Shown in pieces: positions 41,696 to 51,160 of a DNA stretch of 64,000 bases. Origin of the DNA: a bacterium (GTDB lineage: Bacteria; RBG-13-61-14; DATKZS01); the NCBI GenBank assembly GCA_963674965.2, contig CAXXFL010000006.1, forward strand, positions 1-64,000, read 5' to 3'. Within the stretch, counting starts at the first letter, position 1; each line of letters begins with the position of its first letter. A program made the translations under genes and the position numbers. The notes under the pieces are model-generated. The model was given only the letters and a program-made list of their open reading frames with translations. It had not been told where the DNA came from and did no database searches.

Positions 41696-41992
41696 TCATT
41701 CATGCCCTTCAAATAATGCCTTTAATTTTAAGGCGTCAACATTTTCCAGGCGTACCGTCTTTCTCCTGGATTTTTCCCCGGATACGATCAAGACGCTGGA
41801 TTTTGCGACCCCGGCCTGTTTGGCCATGAGCGCGATAACGGCTTTATTGGCTTTTGAATCCACGGGTGGGGCGGTGACGCTGACCAGAAGGCGGCCGTCT
41901 TTTATTGGACCGATACCGTCTCGAGAGGATTTGGGCTTGACCAGGATATTGACCATAACGCCATTATCTCGAGACCATATCCACTCGTCCAA
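41696..41992 (-). CDS. yggU: DUF167/YggU family protein
   Basis: VKP.SS, VTAPPVD.KAN, SGEKSR.K; conserved position after divIVA. Confidence 0.9.
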   Translation of the reverse strand: MDEWIWSRDNGVMVNILVKPKSSRDGIGPIKDGRLLVSVTAPPVDSKANKAVIALMAKQAGVAKSSVLIVSGEKSRRKTVRLENVDALKLKALFEGHE

Positions 41993-42057
41993 TTAATATT
42001 CCCCGCTCGGGAGGCGGACTGATCGTCCACCTCCATATCGAAAAGGAAAAGGGCGCT

Positions 42058-42561
42058 TTATCTTCCCTGGATAACGCGCAGGTTCGAGCCCGAGTCCTCG
42101 AATTCGCGGCCGTCGTGCAGCTCGGCCGCGTCGAGCAGGGCCAGGTGCGTCTTCAACACGGACCTCACCTGCTCCCGGGCCCGGACGCGCTGCTCCCGGT
42201 ACTCCTGGATGTCCGACTGAATGTCGATTAACTGGTCGCGGGCGCGCTTGATAATCGAGTCGGCCTCAAGCTCGGCGTGGGCCACGATGGCCTGGGCCTC
42301 CTTGACCATCTTGGCCTTCATGTCGTCGCTGAGTCTTTGCGCCGTAATGATGGCTTCCTTTAAGATGGACTCTTTTTCCTTGATCTCGGCCAGGTCGGCG
42401 GATTTCCTTTTCAACTCCTCCGTGAGAAAACGGTTCTCCTGGATAAGCTCCTCCATTTCCTGGGAGATCATCTCCAGGAAAATCTCGACCTCCCTCGGGT
42501 CGTAACCGCGAAATTTCTTAGGAAAACGATGGTTTCCAATATCGAGCGGAGTAATCTTCAT
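42058..42561 (-). CDS. divIVA: DivIVA-domain protein
   Basis: ITPLDI..HRF.KKFRGYD..EV..FL followed by coiled coil. Confidence 0.92.
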   Translation of the reverse strand: MKITPLDIGNHRFPKKFRGYDPREVEIFLEMISQEMEELIQENRFLTEELKRKSADLAEIKEKESILKEAIITAQRLSDDMKAKMVKEAQAIVAHAELEADSIIKRARDQLIDIQSDIQEYREQRVRAREQVRSVLKTHLALLDAAELHDGREFEDSGSNLRVIQGR

Positions 42562-42706
42562 TACAATCCTCCTTGCAGCGTTAACGCCAGCTCCCGCGTC
42601 AGTTTAAGAGCATCAACTTTTCAGCTTCCGAGCGACCAACCACTCCCCAGTGAACCCGCCGTGTGCTGAAGACCAATTCCTTATACAAATACAATTTATC
42701 CCGCAT

Positions 42707-42722
42707 TGTTTAACGTGGAACA
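42707..42722. promoter_or_regulatory. parS-like palindrome
   Basis: TGTTTAACGTGGAACA, one mismatch to TGTTNCACGTGNAACA; intergenic. Confidence 0.5.
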
Positions 42723-42734
42723 TTAAATTCCTCG

Positions 42735-42995
42735 TCAAACGGCCAGTGACATAAGTAACCCCCTCAAGAAAATGAGTAAGAAAATCAGAGCCATGGGAGA
42801 AAAATCTATCCCTACTCCCCCCTGGATCGGCTCGAGCAGTTTGCGGATGGGCAAAAGCGCCGGCTCGACCGCCCCGTTCAGAAAAGAGACCAACGGGTTT
42901 CTCGAACTGGTAGGAAACCAGGATAAAATGGCGTTGGCCACAATCATCAGGATGTAGATATCGATCAAATGACCGACTATTTTCATCAGAAACAT
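42735..42995 (-). CDS. yggT: YggT family membrane protein
   Basis: AILSWF, NP.V.FL...EP.L.PIR, GIDFSP. Confidence 0.92.
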   Translation of the reverse strand: MFLMKIVGHLIDIYILMIVANAILSWFPTSSRNPLVSFLNGAVEPALLPIRKLLEPIQGGVGIDFSPMALIFLLIFLRGLLMSLAV

Positions 42996-43021
42996 TTTGG
43001 AGTAACCTCCCGCGTTTGTTC

Positions 43022-43828
43022 CTATTTCTCGCCCAATTGCCTGGACCTCAACGCCGCTTCCCTTACGGCCCCGATAAACGCCGAGCGAACGCCCGCGTCC
43101 TCCAGCTCGGCAATGCCCGCGATGGTCGTGCCCCCGGGAGAAGCAACCTTGTCCTTTAACGACCCCGGGTGCTCTCCCGTCTCCAGAACCATGGACGCCG
43201 CGCCCATGACCGTGTTCGCGGCCAGGGCCAGGGAAAGGTCGCGGGGAAGGCCCATAAGGACCCCGCCGTCGGCCAGGGCCTCGATCATCATGTAAACGAA
43301 AGCCGGGCCGCTGCCGGAGAGTCCGGTCACCGCGTTAAGCAAGTCCTCCTTGTCAACCCTGAACGAGGGGCCTAGTGACGAGAGGATGGCCTGGGCTATC
43401 TTCACGTCCGAGGCCTTTACCTTATCACCCACGTAATAACAGGAAACTCCTTTGCCAATAAGGGACGGAGTGTTGGGCATTACTCTGATTATCCTGGCTT
43501 TATTTCCAATTATCGAGCTAAATTTATCGACCTTTACTCCGGCCGCGATGCTGATGACCAAGGGAAGATTACCTCCCTCACCGGCCATTTCCTCAAGCAG
43601 AGCGTCAATGCTCTGGGGCTTGACCGCCACCACAACCGCGTCTGCCTTCATGGCCTCGGAAACGCCGCCGGCTTTTTTGACTTTATAGACGCCGGCGATG
43701 TAGGACAGCCTTTGGGGCACGGCGTCATATGCCAGGATGTTCCCGGGAGACAGGCCGGAAGAGACAAGGCCCTTGATCATGGCCTCTCCCATGTTGCCCG
43801 CCCCCAGAAAAGATACGGTAAATTTCAT
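43022..43828 (-). CDS. proC: Pyrroline-5-carboxylate reductase
   Basis: Start reassigned to MKFTVS (ATG 43828). GAGNMG, AVKPQ, SIAAG, RVMPNTP, GLSGSGPA, VASPGGTT. Confidence 0.96.
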   Translation of the reverse strand: MKFTVSFLGAGNMGEAMIKGLVSSGLSPGNILAYDAVPQRLSYIAGVYKVKKAGGVSEAMKADAVVVAVKPQSIDALLEEMAGEGGNLPLVISIAAGVKVDKFSSIIGNKARIIRVMPNTPSLIGKGVSCYYVGDKVKASDVKIAQAILSSLGPSFRVDKEDLLNAVTGLSGSGPAFVYMMIEALADGGVLMGLPRDLSLALAANTVMGAASMVLETGEHPGSLKDKVASPGGTTIAGIAELEDAGVRSAFIGAVREAALRSRQLGEK

Positions 43829-43865
43829 TAAATCTCCAATAGTTCCAAATCGAATCTGATGCCGT

Positions 43866-44555
43866 TTATCTGCTCCCAAAGATGGCCGTTCCCACTCTGA
43901 CCCTCGTGGCCCCTTCCTCAATGGCAACCCTGAAATCGTGAGACAAACCCATGGAAAGCTCGGGAAGCATGTCCTTGTTCCCCAGCTTTGCCCGGATAGC
44001 GTCACGGAGTTCCCGTAGCTTGCGATAGTAGGGCCGGACCATCTCCGGGTCGTCAAAGTATGGCGGCATGGTCATAAGCCCGATCAGTTCCACCCCGTCA
44101 ATCTCGCTAATCTTTTTTACCGCCTTTTCCGCCTCGGCGATGGAAGCTCCCGATTTGGTGTCTTCCTCCCCAAGATTGACCTCGAGATAGCCCCTGACCA
44201 GGCGCCCGTCCCGAGCCGCTCTTTTGCCCAGCTCGGACGCTATCTCGACCGTGTCGATCGAGTGGACCTCGGCGGCTTTCCCGGCCACGTACTTAACCTT
44301 GTTCTTTTGCAAATGACCTATAAAGTGCCATTTTATTTCAGGATCGTCTATCTCATTCATCTTGTCCCGAAGCTCCTGGGCATAGTTCTCGCCAAAATCC
44401 AGTTGACCCGCCTCCATGGCTTCCCTAATGGCATCAGCCGGCTTGGTCTTGGAAACCGCCACAAGCTTGACCGAGCCGGGAGACCGGCCGCTCGCCGCGG
44501 CGGCCCGCTCGATCTCCGCTTTCACTCGCGCAAGGTTTTCGGCGATAAGTCCCAT
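43866..44555 (-). CDS. yggS: PLP homeostasis protein YggS
   Basis: LVAVSKT, FGENYAQE, WHFIGHLQKNK, GLMTMPP, LSMG, VRVGTAIFG. Confidence 0.97.
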   Translation of the reverse strand: MGLIAENLARVKAEIERAAAASGRSPGSVKLVAVSKTKPADAIREAMEAGQLDFGENYAQELRDKMNEIDDPEIKWHFIGHLQKNKVKYVAGKAAEVHSIDTVEIASELGKRAARDGRLVRGYLEVNLGEEDTKSGASIAEAEKAVKKISEIDGVELIGLMTMPPYFDDPEMVRPYYRKLRELRDAIRAKLGNKDMLPELSMGLSHDFRVAIEEGATRVRVGTAIFGSR

Positions 44556-44558
44556 TAA

Positions 44559-45176
44559 CTATCCTGCATAAAGCTCGATAATATCGAGCCTTTTTAAGTC
44601 ATCGATCAACTCGGTCATGGGAAGACCAACCACGTTCGTATAGCTTCCCTGAATCTGCTCCACCATATAGGCGCCAATGCCCTGGACGGCGTATCCCCCC
44701 GCTTTATCGAAGGGTTCCTCCGTTCCGATGTATGCCAGGATTTCCTTTTCCTCCAGCTTTTTGATCTTCACCTGTGACCGCACCGCGTTCAGAAGTTTCC
44801 GGCCCGAGGGCGGATGCAAGAGGCAGTAACCCGAAACCACGGTATGCCATTTACCAGAAAGTTTGGTAAGATGACTTACTGCCTCCTCCCTTGTTGCCGG
44901 TTTGCCCAGAATCTCTTCATCGGCCACCACCACGGTATCCACCGCCAGGTACCAGTGGTCCGCCTCGTGCCCGAGCCGGTCCGCCACGGCCTGGGCCTTT
45001 TGCAGGGCCCAATCCTGGGTGCAGCTCTCCGGGGCAGGGTTACCCACCAGTATTTCCTCCACTCCGCTCGGTATTATGGTACAGCTAAGCCCGAGGGCGG
45101 AAAGGAGGTCTCTTCGCCTCGGGGAACCGCTGGCCAATACCAGGGAGGCCTTTGTCTTGTACATATTTGTTTTCAA
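44559..45176 (-). CDS. maf: Maf family nucleoside triphosphate pyrophosphatase
   Basis: LASGSPRRRDLL, DTVV, GKP, DKAGGYAVQG, NVVGLP. Confidence 0.96.
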   Translation of the reverse strand: MKTNMYKTKASLVLASGSPRRRDLLSALGLSCTIIPSGVEEILVGNPAPESCTQDWALQKAQAVADRLGHEADHWYLAVDTVVVADEEILGKPATREEAVSHLTKLSGKWHTVVSGYCLLHPPSGRKLLNAVRSQVKIKKLEEKEILAYIGTEEPFDKAGGYAVQGIGAYMVEQIQGSYTNVVGLPMTELIDDLKRLDIIELYAG

Positions 45177-45205
45177 TTTTTAAAAATCAACAACAATTAT
45201 GTATA

Positions 45206-45234
45206 ATTATCGTAAATTATTGATCCATTGTCAA
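45206..45234 (-). promoter_or_regulatory. Sigma70 promoter of the maf-yggS-proC-yggT-divIVA-yggU operon
   Basis: Minus strand TTGACA-17 bp-GATAAT. Confidence 0.65.
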
Positions 45235-45405
45235 GGAATTTGGATAGGAGCGGGATAATTATTTTGCCCGCCAACAAGATATTGTAGATGGTAAAAAATA
45301 AACACGCCACCCGTCGAGATAGCCCTTCTGCCTGATCAAGGGGCCTGGATTGTCTTTGCCGCCAAAATCTTTCGTGAGACCCTTTCCCAATATTTTAACG
45401 GAGAT

Positions 45406-48400
45406 TCAATTACTGTTTATTTCCAAGGCTGGATATACCTCTATCGCGCCGGCGTAACGGCCCACGCCGCCGGAACCGCATTCGGGCAAATGAGCCCTGA
45501 TCCTGATAGTACCAGCCGTGTCGACCCGGATGACTATCCTGGACCTGCCTCCGTCGGCGATGGGACCGGACACGTCGTAGCGACCCCCTTCGCTCCCGTT
45601 TCCGTCGCCCCCCAGGATGGTCGCCGTTCCGACCGACTCCTCCCCGATATCGAAGATCACGCCGAATCCGGAAGTATAGTTGGGATAGTCGTTCTTGACC
45701 CCTACCGTGACATGGCCCGTCATGCCCACTTCAATGGACAGGGCCGTGTCCCCATAGATTTCCAGAGAGGTGGGAATACTGGGGTTCCCGCCAGTACTGG
45801 CCAGGGTAACCATGCTCTTGAGGATGGAAAGGTCCAGGGCCGAGATGATCTCGTCCATATCAAGTTCCTGGGTGTCCCCGTTTGGCGGGAGGACCCCCGT
45901 ATATTTTACGGGGCTCAGGGAAATCCTGGACCTTATCACCGCCAGGTCGAGGGGGCTTGCAAGGCCGTCGGCCGTCAGGGTATCTCCCGAGTCGGCCCAG
46001 CAGTAACATCCCTCCCCTCCCCTGGCGTCCTCATTCCAGATATTGGTCCCATTCCAGTATTCGTGAGAATTGGGATTGCCGTCTCCATCGAAGTCGGCCT
46101 CCATCCCGTCATCAGGATCGAGGGGGTCCAGGTTGAGCGCGTGTCCCTCCAGATGGGCAACCTCGAAAAGGTCGGGCAGGGCGTCGCCGTCGGTGTCCCA
46201 ATATAGCGGATCCGTGTCGTACAGGTAGTACTCGTCTCCATCGTTTATGCCGTCATGGTCGGAATCCGGGTCGTTCTCGTCCGTCCCGATCAGTATTTCC
46301 AGGGAGTTATAAAGTCCGTCGTCGTCGAAATCCGGGTCCGGTGCCTTCCATATTTTCAGGTTCGGTACCTTGTTTTCCCGGTAAGGTTGTGGGCTCGAGG
46401 TCCCGGTCCAGCTTGTGGGGTCCCCGTATCCGTTGTAGACGCTCCGGTAGATTGTTCTGTAATTGTCCGTAAAATAATAAACTTCGCCCGGAGTTGTGTA
46501 CGAGTCGTTATCGAAGCTGAAGTCCATGACCACGTTGTCGTTTCCGTTATAGGGAAAGGGCGTATCCAGGACAAAGCTGAAATAGCCGGTCTGATCCACC
46601 AACGCGTCATGCCGGTAAACCACCATCCAACCCGAGGTATCGCTCCAGGCGGTGTCGGGAAAGGCCGGATACTCGTCAAAGGTGACGTGACGCATGCGGA
46701 TGGTGAAGTTCTCCATCATCTGGCCCGGCACGGTCCGTACCTCAAGGGCCACCTCCTCGATGTTACCCGAACAGCCTAACTCGTCGGAATAATATATCAC
46801 CTCGGTCCGGGAGTCCTCACGGCCCGTGTAATATGGATAGGTCCAGTCACCAAGACCGAAGCCTATGTAGATAACCGTAAGGTCGTCGTCGGGCAGGTTC
46901 GGGTCCCGGCCATGCGATACCTCGGAATAATCGTCCTCCCCCGCCCCGTCCGAGTCGTCGTCGCAAGGGTCCGAATTCGCGGACATTTCCTCGACGTTAG
47001 AAAGACCTTCTCCGTCGGGATCGCCCAGGGAGTCGCCCACTACCGGATCGACGCAGGCCAGGTTTTGCGCTTCCCATCCGTCGCCCATGCCGTCATGGTC
47101 CGAATCGACGTCGCATGGATTCATGCAGGGAGATATATTATATTCCGCCAAGTTGGACACTCCGTCGCCGTCATGGTCCTCCAGTGAATCGCCCGTCATG
47201 GGATCTAGCCCGCACCCGGAATACAACGCCTCCCAGCCGTCGGGCATCCCGTCGCCGTCGCTGTCATAATCGCCCGCGTCGGTACCGTAAGACGCTTCGT
47301 CCGCGTCGCTTATTTTATCACCGTCGCCGTCGGGTCCGGCCAGGGCGAAATAAATCTGGAAGACGCCCGAGCGGTTGTCTTCCCAGGTAATGCCGTATTC
47401 CGAGCCCGACCAGGCAAAGGACGGCCTTTTCGAGTCGGCCGAGTTGTAAGTAAGGCGCAGGTCTTTGCCGATTTTTTGTCCGTCAGCCGCCAGTCTCGCG
47501 AAATATATCTCGTTATTTCCATCCCTGTCGTCGTGCCAGAGCACGCCGTACTCGGTCCCTCTCCAGGCGATGGAAGCGCTGGTTGATGACCCGAGGGCGT
47601 TGGTGATCTTTTTATTGGGTCCCACCGTGCTCCCGGCCGAGCTTACGCGGGCGAAGTATACTTCCATGTTGACGTCCCGCTCATCCTCCCAGGCGATGCC
47701 GTACTCGCTGCCAGTCCAGACCGGGGCCGGGCCCCAACTGTTGGCGCCGTCTCCATTGAATAAAAGGTCGGAGCCGATCTTGCTACCGCCGGCGGAAATC
47801 CTGGCAAAGTAACCGTCGGGATTGCCATTTCTCCAGTCATACCAGGCCAACCCGAACTCAGAACCAGACCAGACCATGGTGGGCACGCGGCTCTCGGCCG
47901 ATTGTGACGTCACCCGATACTCGGGACCGATTATGGTTCCGTCGGCGCCTAAGCGGCTGAAATATATCTCCCAGGCGCTACTCTTATAATCGTCCCAGGC
48001 CACGCCGTATTCCGAGCCCGACCAGGCAAGCGTCGGCTGGTAGCAATCTCGGATGTAACTGGTGATCCTTTTTTCGGGGTCTATCGCTTCGCCCGAGGAG
48101 GAAAGCCGGGAAAAATACAGCTCGTAATTGAAGTCCCGGTTGTCTCGCCAGACCACTCCAAACTCGGACCCGGTCCAGACTAAAGCGGCGTTATTACTAA
48201 CCCTTATGTTGTCGGTTATCTTTGTGTCCGACCCCAGCGTGTCTCCGTCCTCGGAAAGGCGGCGAAAATATATCTCCCAGTTGGCGTCCCGGTAATCCTC
48301 CCAGGCCAGAGCGTAGACCGAGTCGGCCCAGACAATGACCGGACGAAGACCCTCACCCGAGCCATAGGTGATCCGCATGTCCGACCCATGCTTGGCCAGG

Positions 48401-48723
48401 CCGGGAACTACATATGAATCAAGTGGGTTAGACCCACCGTCCATCTCCTCGCCGTCGTCGCTTCCGTCCAGGTCACTATCCGCGTAACATGGGTTCATGG
48501 ATGGGGAATACTGGTACTCCTCGAGGCTTGTCTTACCGTCAGCGTCCTGGTCCCGGTCCGAGTCATACGAGCCGGAATCCAGGCACCCATGAAGATTCTC
48601 CCAATCGTCGGGCAACCCGTCGCCGTCCGAGTCCTGCCCAAAAGCGTAACTTGGCAAAATCATATATGAAACAAAAATCGTAAATAGTACAATTACGAAT
48701 TGGGACCTGATGGATGAAAACAT
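45406..48723 (-). CDS. Large secreted protein: Ca-binding DxDxDG (TSP3-like) repeats, beta-propeller-like WSGSEYG repeats, C-terminal dockerin-like pair
   Basis: Start reassigned to ATG 48723 (RBS AAGGAG) with a signal peptide. Seven ~51 aa W(S/T)G(S/T)E(Y/F)GxxWxD.R...EIYF.R repeats; many DSDGDG..D.WE motifs; DGLASPLDL and DMDEIISALDL near the C-terminus. Confidence 0.88.
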   Translation of the reverse strand: MFSSIRSQFVIVLFTIFVSYMILPSYAFGQDSDGDGLPDDWENLHGCLDSGSYDSDRDQDADGKTSLEEYQYSPSMNPCYADSDLDGSDDGEEMDGGSNPLDSYVVPGLAKHGSDMRITYGSGEGLRPVIVWADSVYALAWEDYRDANWEIYFRRLSEDGDTLGSDTKITDNIRVSNNAALVWTGSEFGVVWRDNRDFNYELYFSRLSSSGEAIDPEKRITSYIRDCYQPTLAWSGSEYGVAWDDYKSSAWEIYFSRLGADGTIIGPEYRVTSQSAESRVPTMVWSGSEFGLAWYDWRNGNPDGYFARISAGGSKIGSDLLFNGDGANSWGPAPVWTGSEYGIAWEDERDVNMEVYFARVSSAGSTVGPNKKITNALGSSTSASIAWRGTEYGVLWHDDRDGNNEIYFARLAADGQKIGKDLRLTYNSADSKRPSFAWSGSEYGITWEDNRSGVFQIYFALAGPDGDGDKISDADEASYGTDAGDYDSDGDGMPDGWEALYSGCGLDPMTGDSLEDHDGDGVSNLAEYNISPCMNPCDVDSDHDGMGDGWEAQNLACVDPVVGDSLGDPDGEGLSNVEEMSANSDPCDDDSDGAGEDDYSEVSHGRDPNLPDDDLTVIYIGFGLGDWTYPYYTGREDSRTEVIYYSDELGCSGNIEEVALEVRTVPGQMMENFTIRMRHVTFDEYPAFPDTAWSDTSGWMVVYRHDALVDQTGYFSFVLDTPFPYNGNDNVVMDFSFDNDSYTTPGEVYYFTDNYRTIYRSVYNGYGDPTSWTGTSSPQPYRENKVPNLKIWKAPDPDFDDDGLYNSLEILIGTDENDPDSDHDGINDGDEYYLYDTDPLYWDTDGDALPDLFEVAHLEGHALNLDPLDPDDGMEADFDGDGNPNSHEYWNGTNIWNEDARGGEGCYCWADSGDTLTADGLASPLDLAVIRSRISLSPVKYTGVLPPNGDTQELDMDEIISALDLSILKSMVTLASTGGNPSIPTSLEIYGDTALSIEVGMTGHVTVGVKNDYPNYTSGFGVIFDIGEESVGTATILGGDGNGSEGGRYDVSGPIADGGRSRIVIRVDTAGTIRIRAHLPECGSGGVGRYAGAIEVYPALEINSN

Positions 48724-48782
48724 GTCTTCGCTCCTTGAGTTGGTAAACCATGGGACCGGCAAATATGCCTCGATCAAATAGA

Positions 48783-48798
48783 AGCAAGATGCGTTCCA
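48783..48798 (-). promoter_or_regulatory. Sigma54 (-24/-12) promoter of the large secreted protein
   Basis: Minus strand TGGAACGCATCTTGCT versus consensus TGGCACGNNNNTTGCW; 60 bp upstream of the ATG. Confidence 0.75.
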
Positions 48799-49105
48799 AC
48801 AAAAACAAGCCAAAAATCTGGAGACCTTGCATATATATTATATTATTTCAGTAGTTTAAGAATGTATCCAAAATGTTGCCCACAAGTAGTGCAAAATCAA
48901 TTTGCCACTTTCGAGAATTTCATTTCGGAATAGGGAAAAGATCGATACAATAACTCTGATGGAGAAGTTCAATAGTCCGCCCTTTTCAAGCTAAGACCAT
49001 CGAAACCTTTCATTTGTATGCCGCAATCAGAGTAAATGCTGCTCTTACTAAAAAGACTGATACAAGATGCCAAGGTAAATTGTAACATTGTCTAAGACAT
49101 TCATT

Positions 49106-49192
49106 CCCCCGCAGGGGGGAAATTTGAATAGCCGTGGGCTTTTAGCCTACAAAAAGGTAACAAGAAATTCAGCGGCCCTGAAGGGGCCGTAC
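49106..49192. repeat. Degenerate REP-like element
   Basis: CCCCGCAGGGG, AGCCGTGGGCTTTTAGCCTAC and CGGCCCTGAAGGGGCCG short palindromes in an AT-rich intergenic region; single copy in the window. Confidence 0.35.
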
Positions 49193-49360
49193 AAAATGAG
49201 ACTATTCATTTTACTTTACCTTCACCCATGGACTACGGCATCTTCGGATTTTTCCATATGGTGAAGACCACGCTGACGCTTATAATTACAGTGATCATCG
49301 GGCAATGTGTTCATATCAACCGACTAGGCAACACATCTCAAATCAGCAATGAAAATAGCT

Positions 49361-49485
49361 ATGTAAATTTTTTCACAGGCATGTAATTTTTTTCCTTGCA
49401 ATCCAGGCAATGATCGGAGTATCATTTCGTTAAGTCATCATAAACGCGAATAAAAATATGCGGTTTTTATCGGTATTGTTTTTGC
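49361..49485 (+). promoter_or_regulatory. Possible sigma54 promoter with upstream activator sites for the kinase operon
   Basis: GG-N10-GC (CGGTATTGTTTTTGC, 49471-49485); TGT-N10-ACA at 49362-49377 and a tandem ATGTAA(W)TTTTTT copy 20 bp later. Confidence 0.45.
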
Positions 49486-49498
49486 CTGAGAGATTGTC

Positions 49499-51127
49499 AT
49501 GGAACTACGGCTATTACCGCCACTTGTAGCCTTCGAGGTCAACCTTTTACTGGGACTCTTTGCCCTGATAAGAGGAAGGCGAGACCTCGATCATCTTTAC
49601 TTCGCCGGCTTTGCCTTGACCGCGTCCATCTGGTGTCTCGGCTCTTCCTTGTATTTCCTGTTGCCGGATTTTCTAAAGGAGTCCGCCCTTTCCATCGGGT
49701 TCGCGGGCGGTACGGCCATCCCCGCCGTCTATCTGGCCTTTTCCATTAATAAAACCAGCCAAGGCTCGATCCGGCGTTGGGGCGCGGCCCTTGTGGCCGT
49801 CTATTTCCTCTTGAACCTCCTGGCCAACCTTCATCCCCTGGTGAGGGGGGACGCCCTGAAAATTGTCTCCCGCGTGCAGGTGGCGGCCATGGCCGCTTAT
49901 TTCGGCGCTTTATATGTTCTTTCCTTTTCCATGCTCAGGAAGAAACTGACAAAACTGGAAGAGGGACCCGGCCGCGAAGAGACCGAGTTCATCCTTTTCG
50001 GCGGCGCCCTACCCTTCGCGTTCATGCTTTTTTACTCAGGCGCAACGTGGTTTCTGGCCGGGTTCATGCCCAGGCCCAACGTGCTTTTGCCCGTGGTTAT
50101 CGGGGCCGAGCTCATGCTCTATCACGGAGTGAAGTTCAAAAGGGTGGCCCTCGATGAAATGCTCTCCACCAGTCTCATGTACCTGACTTATTCGGTCGCT
50201 CTCACGGGCATCATCTTCCTGGCCGTGTTCGCCGTATCCAAGCTGACTAACCTCGAGATATCGGGCTTCGAGTTCATCTTGCTGGTGGCTTTTTGTCTCG
50301 CCTCGGCCTTCGCTTTTACTGCCGGTCGGGACCGGCTCCAGACCTGGGTGGACGCGGCCCTTTTTCCGGACAAGCTCGAATACCGGCGCATGATCGTGGC
50401 CTATGAGGAGGAACTAAAGGACGCCCGCGAGTCGCTATACAGGGCCGAGCGCCTGGCCATGCTGGGCGAGCTGAGCGCCCGGGTGGCGCATGAGATTAAA
50501 AACCCCCTGGGCCCGATCAAGGGCTATACCCAGATGCTAATCGAGGCGAGAAAAAAAGGCGCATTATCCGATACATACCTCGACAAGGCCCTGGCCATTA
50601 TCGCGGAGGAAACCGACAGGATCGACGAGCGGGTCAAGGGTTTCCTGGACCTGGCCAGAAGGGAGACGCCCGATAAGGTCGAGACCAATATCAATGAGGT
50701 AGTGACCCGGTCGATCGAGCTTTTAGGCCCGGGCAAGGGCCTCGTCATCGAGAACAATCTCATGGCTAAACCGCCGAATATTTTGGCAGATCACGCCAGA
50801 ATCCAGGGAGCCATTTATAACGTCCTCTTAAACGCCGCCCAGGCCATGGAGTGGGAGGGACGGCTGAGAATCGAGACGGCGGAAAAAGACTCATGGGTGA
50901 CCGTCACCATTTCCGACTCGGGTCCGGGCATAGCCCCCGACCTTTTAAAGGAGATATTCGAGCCCTTCCGTACCGGACGGCTGGGAGGGACAGGCTTGGG
51001 TTTGGCCATAGTCAAGTCCATCATCGAGGCCCATGGGGGAAGCGTCGAGGCGCGCTCGGAGGAGAAGAAAGGCGCGAGCTTTATCTTCCAGCTTCCCAAG
51101 GTCAACACGTCGGGACAGGGAATGTAG
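49499..51127 (+). CDS. Multi-TM sensor histidine kinase (NtrB/PilS-like transmitter)
   Basis: About 9 hydrophobic segments; ERLAMLGELSARVAHEIKNPL, NAAQA, DSGPGI, FEPF, GGTGLGL. Confidence 0.93.
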   Translation: MELRLLPPLVAFEVNLLLGLFALIRGRRDLDHLYFAGFALTASIWCLGSSLYFLLPDFLKESALSIGFAGGTAIPAVYLAFSINKTSQGSIRRWGAALVAVYFLLNLLANLHPLVRGDALKIVSRVQVAAMAAYFGALYVLSFSMLRKKLTKLEEGPGREETEFILFGGALPFAFMLFYSGATWFLAGFMPRPNVLLPVVIGAELMLYHGVKFKRVALDEMLSTSLMYLTYSVALTGIIFLAVFAVSKLTNLEISGFEFILLVAFCLASAFAFTAGRDRLQTWVDAALFPDKLEYRRMIVAYEEELKDARESLYRAERLAMLGELSARVAHEIKNPLGPIKGYTQMLIEARKKGALSDTYLDKALAIIAEETDRIDERVKGFLDLARRETPDKVETNINEVVTRSIELLGPGKGLVIENNLMAKPPNILADHARIQGAIYNVLLNAAQAMEWEGRLRIETAEKDSWVTVTISDSGPGIAPDLLKEIFEPFRTGRLGGTGLGLAIVKSIIEAHGGSVEARSEEKKGASFIFQLPKVNTSGQGM

Positions 51128-51160
51128 ATATCCCGCGAGACGGAAAAGAAGGAGGACAAA

